From NCBI GenBank assembly GCA_002633005.1, contig NMRA01000005.1, positions 599,913 through 663,912 on the forward strand: DNA of 64,000 nt, in the 5' to 3' direction. The notes under the pieces are model-generated. The model was not told where the DNA came from. It was given only the letters and a program-made list of their open reading frames with translations, and ran no database searches. Shown here piece after piece: positions 53,967 to 64,000 of the stretch. The position numbers and the translations under genes are program-made. Numbering within the stretch: the stretch's first letter is position 1; every line of letters starts with the position of its first letter. This DNA comes from Phoronis australis (taxonomy: Eukaryota; Animalia; Phoronida).

Positions 53967-56314
53967 GTCTTGCTTACTGTTGTTCATTTGCGTTTGTGCA
54001 GCTTTTCAAAAAAAAGAAAAGTTGGCTGAAATTGATATGGGCAGACGTCTTTTAGTCCCTGACTGCAGGTCTCAAAATGAATGGGGTGAAAACCAGAACC
54101 AGCTTTGCTTTGTTTGGCCTAGTATGACGAGTATGGATGTTGTGAGAGAAATGATGGCTGGACTTCAAATGGGGGTCTGGCATAAGGAGAAAACAAAGAC
54201 ATGCATGAAGTCAAAATATGATTTATAATAAGGAATACTTAAAATTGTGTGTCACAATAAAAAAAAATATGTTATTGTCACAAAATTGTACTCAACTTGG
54301 AACACTGCATGTTGAAAGAACGTTATTTAGAAACATGTTTGGGGTAATTATGCTTCAGTTTATTACTTTTCAATGAGAATGAAGCTAGAGTACTTGTATG
54401 GTCTGTGCACTTACGATCATGTTTTTGTCGCTGGTTTGACGACATTGAAAAATAAAAAAAGTTAAATATTATGTATTTTCTTGTTTTAGATACATAGGTC
54501 AAATCACTTGTGCTTTGTAATGCGTTTTGTGCTCAAAAACAAGGTGCCTGATCACTTGTGTTTTGTAAACTAGGTGGCGCTGCCGTCCATCGCTTGCTTA
54601 TTTTCCTTGGATAACAAGAAACAGTTTACCAAAGCATTTCCCTTGTGGTTTGTTCCTCAATTTCTTTCCTCAAATATATTGTGACTTCTGAGTTTCTTTG
54701 CGCCGGTAACGTTCTTCACTGACAAACAGTCTGCAGCGTCCCCTGGGAGTAGCTACACAGATAAGTAACTGTTGTGGAAAGTGAGCATCTGTGTACCATT
54801 TTGACCACTCTCCCATGACTCTCACAATCTTTGAAAGCTAATAATGTGCCAGTATTAATGGTGCATATTTTTGTGTTACAGCTATAGGGTCGCTTTAGTA
54901 AAAGGGGGGTCACCAAGGAAACCATGGCAGTGGACCCATTCATCAATCATTGGGGTTCAGTGAAATTTTAACTGAATGGCCTGGAAATTCGTATATTTAG
55001 TGTTTAATTTTGTTTCTTAAATCGCAATAAAATAATTTATGAAATCTACTCACTGAAATTTACATCAAAAATTTGAATTCTTGCATCGAGTTGAAGTTAC
55101 ATTTATTGACAATTCTCGTTTGAACTCTTACGATTTTGAAAATTTTCTTAGCTTGGTACAAATTTGAAGAAGTTTTGCAATTCAGTTCCTCAAAATCAAG
55201 ACGAACAGTGTTGTTCGAAGTGACGAAATTTCGTTTCTCGGACTAACGAACGGAATATGCATTCTCACCATTTGGTTGGCCCAGTGCGTTTTTGTCACAA
55301 CATGCACGCTTGCCCTTGTTCTGCTGCATATGAAAATGCCCGGAAATGATGTTACTGCGTGACAAACAAAAGCGAATTCAGAGGGGTCTATGAAGCCCAA
55401 GCATCCGTCCCCTTTGTATCCGAAGCGGTAAATAAAGCCACGGGCAGCGTTCGAAATACACCGGGTGTCCCGGAGCCAGTGGATTTGAGACCGAGCCAGT
55501 AAACTTTTACAAATAGGCCTGATGTGGATGTGGTCTCGTGTTTAGTAACTGGCCCAGAGGGCCAGCACATTTATTTGCTGAACCTCGAACACTGGCCACG
55601 GGAAAACGTTTTTTTTTTTAACTTCGATAGGCAGTCGGGAGTGGTGAACGCGACACCAAATAATTTCATCATTTCCAAAACCTATCTGTCTATTAGCACC
55701 AACCTATAGCCTATTTACACTGGCTTGTTCTTGATGTTGCAAGGGCACATCGAATCAAGATCACCGGAATAAGAAATATACTTTCAAAAATCCAGATTGA
55801 AGTGATCGCAGCATGTTCTAAGCGTTCCTTCTTTTTGGCTTGTTCCTATTTTTAACCCAAAATTGCGTACTGTTTAGTCCCATTTCTCTGGACGTTCATG
55901 TAATGTTGTCTTTCTCGAATGACGAGTAGTCATTGTAGATCACTATAGACCAGAAAGCTATTTTCACCACCTTAGGCAACGTTTGACCATCAGTCCTAGT
56001 AAAGAGTTATTAACGGCATTACTAAAATGCCTGAACTTTTTCCTAGGGTGGCTCTCCAAATGGTTGGGATGTTTTTGCCAACTGGGATGGGTAATTTGCC
56101 TTGCCAGGTATTGTCATAGTTGGTACCAGTGGTATGCTCTTGGGTTGGTAACGAATCCTCTCATTTTTTGCAAGACGCCCGAAAAAATACTGTAGCGTGG
56201 TATTGGTAAACTGCAAGTTAAGTCATGGTGCAGACGACATTTTGGTTGATTTCTTAAAGTCAGCGTAAAACTGTTTAATGACTTACGAACATGTTAAATA
56301 CATGTATCATTGAT

Positions 56315-56469
56315 CAGGAGCGAATCCAGGATTTTGAGTTAGGGAGGGCCATGACAGCGAATTAGCCAGGATTTTGGCCGTCAGACATTCGCACCCTCGA
56401 ACCGCCAAATGTAATCTGAGAGAATTTTAGGGGGGTATGACCCCCTGGCCCCCTCTAAATCCGCCACTG
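56315..56469. mobile_element. ~155-bp hAT-like MITE with 5-bp TSD
   Basis: CAGGAGCGAATCCAGG...CTAAATCCGCCACTG flanked by TTGAT on both sides; same family as 45302 and 45936. Confidence 0.85.
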
Positions 56470-57165
56470 TTGATCAACACAAACGTATCATCCCTTCGTT
56501 AACTCCTGAAATTAACCAACTACGCTAATTACTATCGTGCTATCCAGGCATAATTGAAGTAAAATTTTGTCTTTTAAGCATAACTACAATTCCTCAAGTT
56601 TTCAGGATTGAGTTGTATTGAATGAATGTATTTACAGTACAAATTTGTAACAGTCTTTAAAGTTTGGGACCCAAAAATTGAATTCCCTTTATTCTGAAGA
56701 TTGGGACATGGACGATGTTGGTGTTTATCAAGTTTGTGCAATTTCTGTTCCCGCGAGATTTATGTTCAGACGAGGATAAACGTTATTTCCAAAAACTTGA
56801 ACATTTTAAGAAAAGATGGGCTTTGGCTGTTGAAAATTAAATTTTGTTTGCATAAAACTAGGTAGCAAATTTGGGCTAAAAATTTAATGTATTGTTTTAT
56901 GATTGTATTGATATTCCCTTATATTCGGACACTGCTGCTGGTTGTTAGAATGAAATGTGGTGGCCTTCAGTACTGCCAGTAAAGTTATTATATTGAATGT
57001 TTTACATGTTTAGAATTGTATTTTGTTGCACCACGTCAGATATAGGGTTCCATGCTTAAGGAATTTCACAGTCTAAAATACTTCCCAATAACTAAGGATA
57101 ACGCCCTTATAAAACCTGGATGCTGATGGTCAGTGAAGTATTTACCAATAAATACGCATGGCTCA

Positions 57166-60100
57166 TCAGTCAGTCAACAGGTCAAGATAATTTTGTAGGT
57201 GTCTAGGTATGTCTAGCTTAAAAATGTCTGGTGGCAAGTGTCCGCTATCAAACAATGTCTTTCTTAAGATGACGCGACAACATTGACGCAGGGTCGCCGG
57301 CTGGCTGTGGGCTGACAGTGGTAGCAGATGAATCGTGTCTCTGGATACGACATAGCCCTTGGCATAGAACCCTTTGGATAGCTGCCGCTCGACGGCGTCG
57401 TAGTCGCCAATTTCTATACTAAGCGTCGTAACGGTGCGCAGACAATGACGCAAGGCTTTCTTGGGTATGTATTCCGCCATGTTGTGTTGCGAATTTCTGT
57501 ATAGTGGGTGGTTTTCCAGCATGAGTTGCCTTGCTAGTTGTTTAAAGACAAGCTGTAAAGTATATATGCAATGGTTTTATTTCATTTCGCCGTCACATTA
57601 ATTGTCTGGTAGTGACTGCACACTTTGAAAAGAGAGAAAATAGCGTTTTAAACCATCCGCGGTGGTCATAACAAAAACCGCGTATATTTCTAGGCCTATC
57701 CATTAAATGAAAAAAAACAAAGCGGTTTTCATTGTACTTTATTTCAGAAAGTGTATTGACAAGCTAAACAGTCAAGTCATGATCTGGACATATTTTGAAA
57801 ACTTGTGTGGCTTTTTCCATAATTGTTTTTGAAATGTTTGACATATTACCTGTTTTACTTTCAGCTGTTTTACTAGTAAAATCTGGATAACGTCGTAAAC
57901 GATTATACGTCGATCAAATTGCTTTTCGATTGAAAAACTTTGGCCTGCTACAAAATTTTGCACTCGCTAGTACCATAGGAAAAGCCTCGCGATATCTCGT
58001 GCGATTTCAGTGGAATTTACCATCACCATGTGCACCCCCCCCGCCATTTGTCGAATTGGGCAAGCAAAAAGGTACGTCTCAGAGAAAGAAAAAGTCCGAG
58101 AAAACGAGACAAAAGTCCAAAGGATACCGGCGCGAATGCACAATTCACAGGTCTGAACCTAGTACCTTGTTTGTTGTTTTTTTAGTCCTCGTTTTCTTTT
58201 TTCAGTAAAAGGTCTACATACCGAAAAAGTCGAGCTGCCCTATATTCTAGGTTGGATGCACACATGTTTATCATTGCTTATCTTTGATTGCGCCAAGTTT
58301 TTATAGTGAAGGACTCTTTCATTTACTAATTCTAAATTGACGCCTTGGGTCTGTTTCACGTGACTTTTAAGTCTTAAAAGACTTAAAGACGCCTGGAACG
58401 CGATAAACAGACTAAATTGCAATGTTGAAAATGGTTCTCTGCCACTGTAACAGAATTCAACCTGCTGAGCAGGTAATTTTAGGATTTGTTCGTATAGTAT
58501 TATTTACTTTCTGTTTATATCAAAACATTTTCTTTTAGTTTCAAATTTCAAAAAAACGATCTGTCGCCAGTTCGTCGAGTTTTTTTCCCACAAGGCAAAG
58601 CATGTGTCTTTATTTGGTATGACAAGACATGGACGTAGCACATTTCCCTTATATGGAAAATGTGACCTTTGACCTCGAGCGACTTCAAACACCAAACTGT
58701 AAGCGCATTTACGCATTTATCATAACTGGGAGGGAGATTAGCAACTGTGATAACCCCAGACATTTTCAAAAACGTATTTCAAAAATCGTAAATTTTGTGA
58801 TTTTTTTGTGGATATTCCCTCACATGGGAAAGTGAATTGCTCTGTACCAGACATTGCGAGATGGTACTTCGTCAGGAATTGTTTAAAAGATATTTTTGAT
58901 GAGCTTTCTCGTCCCATGCCTTATTAACACAGAAATTTGTTATTACGCTCCCATTTGACAATTGCTGAAAAAAGCTTCGCCAAGTAATTATGAGTGCATC
59001 AAATTATAGTAATAATTTATAAAACAAATTTCCGTTACTAACAGCTTTAAGTGTTCTGAGTTTTTGAACTTTTTCTCAGGTGGGATATTATTGTGTGGAG
59101 CGTAAGACCAGATTTCGGTCCTTAGTCTTAAAACACTTTAACGAAACTATACGCTGGATGATTCTAGACAAGGTGGATGTTGCATTACTTGTAAGGATAT
59201 ACTTTAACAGTCTAGTAGGACTTAGTGTATTGAGCTAAATTGCAACACTGGCCCTGTACTTGCATTTATTCGATCATGTAATAAACTTCTTTTCGGAAAA
59301 TGTAATGAAAAATACTGGACAGAGCACACAAATAATCCCCGATTTGAGGCACTAACATGTTCAATGAATAGGCGCCTGCGCTTACAAATGATGTTTACAT
59401 GCAGGCACCGATGAGTAGTTTTCATTGGAAAAGTATTATTTTCAATATACATGTAGGCTCTATAATCCAATTAAATATTGGCAACAAAACGCGAGCCATT
59501 TTTAATTTCACTTGAACCGCTTACTCTCCAACTCGGCGTCGTAAACGTCATGGTACTCATTGTGAAGGACACTAAACGGGATCAAGTGATTAGAATTCAG
59601 ATTTGTACTAATTTTTGCAGCTGTGATCTAAGTTTAAATTTGTTAGGACATGACTTGTTCTATCTCTGAAAGTGTACAAGTGTCTTTAGGTTTGACGCTG
59701 CGTCCTTGGTGACTGTATGCATTCTTTCATTTCGTAATGTTGGACCCCTTCTCAGGGTTCTTAGCCTTTGGCACCTGAGAACTTAGAGCAAATACAGACG
59801 CGACATTTAAGGGTAGACAGGCCTACCTGAAGCACTGGGCCTGTCGGTGAAGCATTATATCGCAGTAATAAGAGTCCCAAATCCTCCATCTGATACGAGT
59901 ATGCGAGAAACAGCATAGATGACCATCCAAGTCTAGATCTCAGTCTGGTCTCTCTGATGTCTTGATCATTTATTTCCCACAAAGAAATGCCCCGAAACCA
60001 CACGTGAAGATCGATGTAGGGATACATTTGCAAACCGCCGTAAACAGTCCATTTAACGATGTCTGCAAATTAAATATGAGCTGATAGAGCTTGATTGATT

Positions 60101-62222
60101 TCCACTTTATTGTTAGACGGAACTGATTCGCCAAGGCAGTTTTTTATAACGTCAAATACACCTAATGTCAAACTCAACGCCTTTCAAGTCTCATGTTAAC
60201 GAAATTCATATTTGCTTTGAAGCATTTTTTCAGCAGCGACTTTTCCTAGTTGGCTAAAGACCGAAGTAACCCAGATGAAATATGTCAAAAAGTCACCCGT
60301 ACACTATTACCACTCCACTACCACTAACACTAACACTACCACTAACACTATACCACTACCACTAACGCTACCACTAACACTACCACTAACACTACCACTA
60401 ATACTACCACCACCACTGACACTACCACTACCACTACCATTAACACTATACAACTACCTCTACCACTAACACTACTACTACCACTAACACTACCACTAAC
60501 ACTAACACTACCACTAACACTACCACTAACACTACCACTAACACTAACACTACCACTAACACTATACCACTACCACTAACACTACTACTAATACTACCAC
60601 CACCACTACCACTACCATTAACACTATACCACTACCTCTACCACTAACACTACTACTATTATTTTCACTACTTCTAGGTGTGTCATAAAATGGTAGCCAT
60701 TTTCGAAGTTCAGCGAACATTACCACACCACGACAAACCGTTACAAGACATTACGGATGAAGATACACCCAAAATTTGCAAAATGCCGTTATGTGAAGGT
60801 CATTTTAAGGATTATTTGTTCGATTGAAATTCTCCTCGAGTGCTCTTACCTCGCCTCCTCGATCTTGCATGTATTTTCTCGAATGTACAATAAATGTGAA
60901 GAAAATGTAAATAAACGACCACACCGTCTGAGAAAATGTGTCGACGGAACCCTCTCGGTTACCTTTACTTTCAAGTTAACTACGTAGTAATGGTAACAGT
61001 ATAGGGTAGGTGTTTTTGAAATTTTACATCTCGGCCAGGTGTGACTGGGGTATTACTAGACAATATCATCATGTCAACTGATCTCAGTAGAGACGGTGAC
61101 CATCCCATGATTCCCATGCCATAGGTCCTCCATACGCGGTAAGCTTTTCGACTAATTATGCCTCAAGCTGATTACTGAAACCATTAAAGTCATGTTGCTA
61201 TGAGCATACATGTAGAGGGAGACCTTAGGAGTTCGTTGATGTCTTTAACTCTTCCCGGCTCGAATAAATACTTCCGCAATCAAACGTTTTTCGAATAGTT
61301 CTTCGTTCATTTGTACAAACCGGCAACTGCATGGCCATTTACACTGCTCGCGCCAAGCGATATGACGTCATAAATCGTCAAAAAGCTTCCGTTGCAAGGA
61401 GAGCCTATGGAATATCCATCATCTCTACGGCGGCCATTTGAGACGGTTATATTGCCTATACTGAAATTCCTTAGATCGTCAACATTGTTCCAAGTGATCA
61501 ACACTACCGTTATCTTGTTGATAAAATGAAAAACTATAACAACAATCAGCCCAGTATGAAAACAATTTTTTCACAAGCTGTCTTCTTTTTCCGAGCTCAC
61601 CTTTGAATTCATTTAAGTCGATTTTCAAATTTGCCACCATACTGAGAAAATATTCGACAGTAGCTAGATGCATCTCTCTAAATATTTTCATCCCGTCGAT
61701 AAATCTAAACCAAAAAGAGTTGACGACTAGCTCTTCCGGTACAAATGCCTGTTCTTCGACACATCCGGTAATCCAGAACAGTTCTGTAAAGAGTCTCTGG
61801 ACAAGAGAAGAGTCCCGTATATTGAATTTGTAGCTAACGTATCGAGCAAAGTGCAACGCTTGCCAGCTCACTGTTCGATCATGACTGTGCCTGTTACGAT
61901 TGGCGTACTCAACAATGTCCTTGATCACTTGAACGGGAGTTAGGTCTCTTAGTCCAATCATAATGCATAGTTTCCGTTCAATGTTTCTAAAAGTCTGTTC
62001 CTGATCTTGATAATCGACAAAGCTTTCAGCTATTCGGTACTCATTGAGAAGTTTGTCCAGTACATTTTGACACTCGCTTCGAACAGAACAAATGCATGGA
62101 CTTTGAAAAGGACTTCGCATTAAATTGATTGAATCTGTGGTAGCTTCGTGTTCGACTGCAGATAGGCACAAGCAGTGTCTGCGTGTAAATTCGCGCGCTC
62201 TTTGCAGAAACGAAGGTATCAT
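57166..62222 (-). CDS. SOCS-box domain protein (~445 aa; possibly ANKRD9/STOPS-like), Elongin BC-cullin adaptor, 3 exons
   Basis: Exons 62222-61508 (weak donor GTAGTG, phase 1), 60062-59827, 57552-57166; phase-consistent, 1338 nt. C-terminal SOCS box PATLRQCCRVILRKTL...LPPDIFKLDIPRHLQNYLDLL; LLLLRYNASP resembles a degenerate ankyrin-type motif. The exon 1-2 join is inferred. Confidence 0.72.
58730..59470 (-). pseudogene. Decayed paralogous copy of SOCS-gene exons 2-3 inside intron 2
   Basis: Ordered remnants NASTGPVLQ (cf. NASPTGPVLQ), NHPAYS (cf. NHPLYR), LRTLKAVS (cf. LRTVTTLS), FDAL/LAKLFSA (cf. YDAV/LSKGFYA). Confidence 0.55.
60270..61400 (-). pseudogene. Decayed paralogous copy of the SOCS-box gene inside intron 1
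   Basis: Ordered remnants LTIYDVI (cf. LTPVQVI), LIAEVFIRAG (cf. LFTELFWITG), GWSPSLL (cf. GWSSMLF), and at 60756-60674 P*CLVTVCRGVV...FENG...DTPR (cf. PATLRQCCRVIL...FDSG...DIPR). Confidence 0.45.
60300..60672. repeat. Compound (ACT/ACC/AAC)n microsatellite
   Basis: ACTACCACTAAC-type units; generates the spurious TLPL ORF. Confidence 0.95.
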
Positions 62223-62657
62223 TCTGAATTCTATAAACAGATCTCTTTGGTACTTTATTCATTTTCAATGTCTGCAGAGACTTCAGTTCGTTTCACAGTG
62301 GAGCAACACATGTCAAAAAATGCTGCTGCTGGTGCACTTTTAAAATCTTGCTGTTCATTGCTTGCTCAAACATTTCTACTTAAAGTGTGGAAAAGAAAGG
62401 GACCCCATCAACCCACCCCAAAAATAAAGGTCACGTGGTCTAAATGTGGAACTACACCGAGTCTACCTCATTTCATTATGACGTAGAGAGAAGACTGCGT
62501 CTGTGAGAAAAATCGATTTCAACAATCCACATAAAGTACATTATGTGAGATCTTATTCGCGTTATATTTCTATGATAAACGCAATGTACATGATTAAAAT
62601 GTGGACTTATTTTAAAGGTTTATTCTATAACTGGTTGTAACGAGGTCAAGAGCGTAA
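62223..62657. promoter_or_regulatory. Probable bidirectional promoter between the SOCS-box gene (-) and the BTB gene (+)
   Basis: Divergent ATGs 435 bp apart; GTCACGTG E-box at 62430-62437 and CRE-like TGACGTA at ~62478. Confidence 0.5.
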
Positions 62658-62909
62658 ATGGAGGACTGTTTCACTGAAACAGCAGAAGCGCTAAATACAT
62701 TGCGCTTAGAAGGGAAGTTATGCGACGCCGTTCTTGTGGTCAACGGCCGGCAATTTCCAGTACATAGAGCCATAATGGCGGCAATTAGTCCATATTTCAA
62801 AGCATTGTTTACCAACGGTCTAAAAGAAACAGATAAATCAGAAATCATAATTCCTGATATGCCGGAGGAGGTCTTAGAAAACATAGTTGAATATGCATAC
62901 ACAAGAAAG
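62658..62909 (+). CDS. KLHL10: BTB/POZ (Kelch-like, KLHL10-like) protein, first coding exon; gene continues beyond the window
   Basis: LNTLRLEGKLCDAVLVVNGRQFPVHRAIMAAISPYFKALFT...IVEYAYTRK followed by donor AAG|GTAGGT; RLEGKLCD and EYAYTR match KLHL10 as I recall it. Kelch repeats are not in the window, so orthology is tentative. Confidence 0.7.
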
Positions 62910-64000
62910 GTAGGTTTTTGAACATTCATGGATCAACTCGTACGCTAACATTCTTGGCCTTATTTTGTCACCCAAACCTTATAACCTAGCCTAAGACAGA
63001 CTTTGATTGTCAATCACAGCAGCTGATTTAATGCTTGTGGCCCAGTCGTGCTGCCGAAGAAAACCTATTTGCGCTAATTTCTCTAATAATGGACTGAAAA
63101 TTCGAAAACAACTAATATTTAATTTTTAATTTTAATACATTGTTGTTGGTCATTTGCCTTCCTTGCTGTTTTCTTTTTTTTTTCTTGTTTTTTTTTTTGA
63201 CTTTCAAACTCGTACGCTTAACAGGCGCGTTGCTGCGATAGCAATTCTCATCCAGTACACATTTTGGCCATGAATAGCGACCAGCTCACTTAGATTTGTG
63301 ACGGCGTCATCAAGCCCTTGATGGGCCAAAAATTTCGCTGGAGATTGTGGGGTGGAAGATGCACGCGTTTTCGTCAACTTGCGTGCAAACAGTATTAGCC
63401 TAAGCGAAACTTTGGTGGCGATCGGCATAAATGTGTTAGGCCGGGGACAGTGGTACCCCCACCAACATATTTGGACACAGTATATCATCTATTAAAAAGA
63501 TAATTGTTCCAGTGCTGCATTTATCCTGTGGTACTACCTTTGTCGGATATTTGAGCGATGAGGAACACCAGTTTTTGAAAATCTCCCCCCCCCCCCGTTA
63601 TTTCGTTGCAATCAAAAACCCAGACCCGTTTACGCGTCCCAATTAACCTGTTTATTGTAAAGTGTCGGAGAATTCTAAACTAATGCAGACATTTGCCAAC
63701 GTAATCACCAACAAATGGTTCCGTTATGAAAAGAAATTTAACAACCTTTTTGAATAGAGAAATATTGTTAGTGTAATCAAGTTTTCTGTACCCATTACTC
63801 AAAAAGTTAAGTTTTGATTAGGAACTTTAGGGAATTCAGAGTAATTGTTGTTAATATCGAGTATTGTTCGAGTGTATGGAAAAGCTCTGTTCTCTCATCA
63901 TTTTTTTACTGTGCAGTCAAAATATACAAGTGCATGAGCTTATAAAATGACGTCACTACACAAACAAAATGGTGTAGTGTCCCTAAACTTGTCGTTGTTG

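Noticed and set aside
60275-60469. Thr/Leu/Pro-rich ORF
   Set aside because: Translation of the ACT/ACC microsatellite.
61425-61481. Selenocysteine or readthrough at the TGA ending the 247-aa ORF
   Set aside because: A TAG follows after ~17 codons, no SECIS was recognised, and a phase-compatible donor at 61508 explains the structure.
63204-63488. 94-aa ORF in the BTB-gene intron as an exon or transposase
   Set aside because: Opposite strand to the BTB gene and no recognisable motif.

Overview
Eukaryotic (animal, most likely a marine invertebrate) genomic DNA with spliced genes, AT-rich introns and many non-autonomous transposons; no prokaryotic features, CRISPR or rRNA. Six protein-coding genes were reconstructed by hand from GT-AG splice sites and reading-frame phase: a 14-exon DD3-3-like type I membrane protein (+, 1454-19448); DNAJB9/ERdj4 (-, 26801-23434); cereblon CRBN (+, 31347-39696, head-to-head with DNAJB9); FBXL14/Ppa (+, 48921-52042); a 3-exon SOCS-box protein (-, 62222-57166); and the first exon of a KLHL10-like BTB protein (+, from 62658, head-to-head with the SOCS-box gene). 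The last four consecutive genes encode substrate receptors for four different cullin-RING ligases (CUL4, CUL1, CUL5/CUL2, CUL3). Several introns contain degenerate echoes of their own flanking exons: an array of LRR mini-exon-like units in FBXL14, whole decayed paralogue copies inside both introns of the SOCS-box gene, and donor-junction repeats in CRBN and DD3-3. Mobile DNA includes three TTAA-flanked Kolobok-type elements with decayed THAP domains, a hAT-like family with 5-bp TSDs, hAT and Harbinger MITEs, and a 5'-truncated L1/Tx1-type LINE. All coordinates and alignments were read by eye; no database searches were run.
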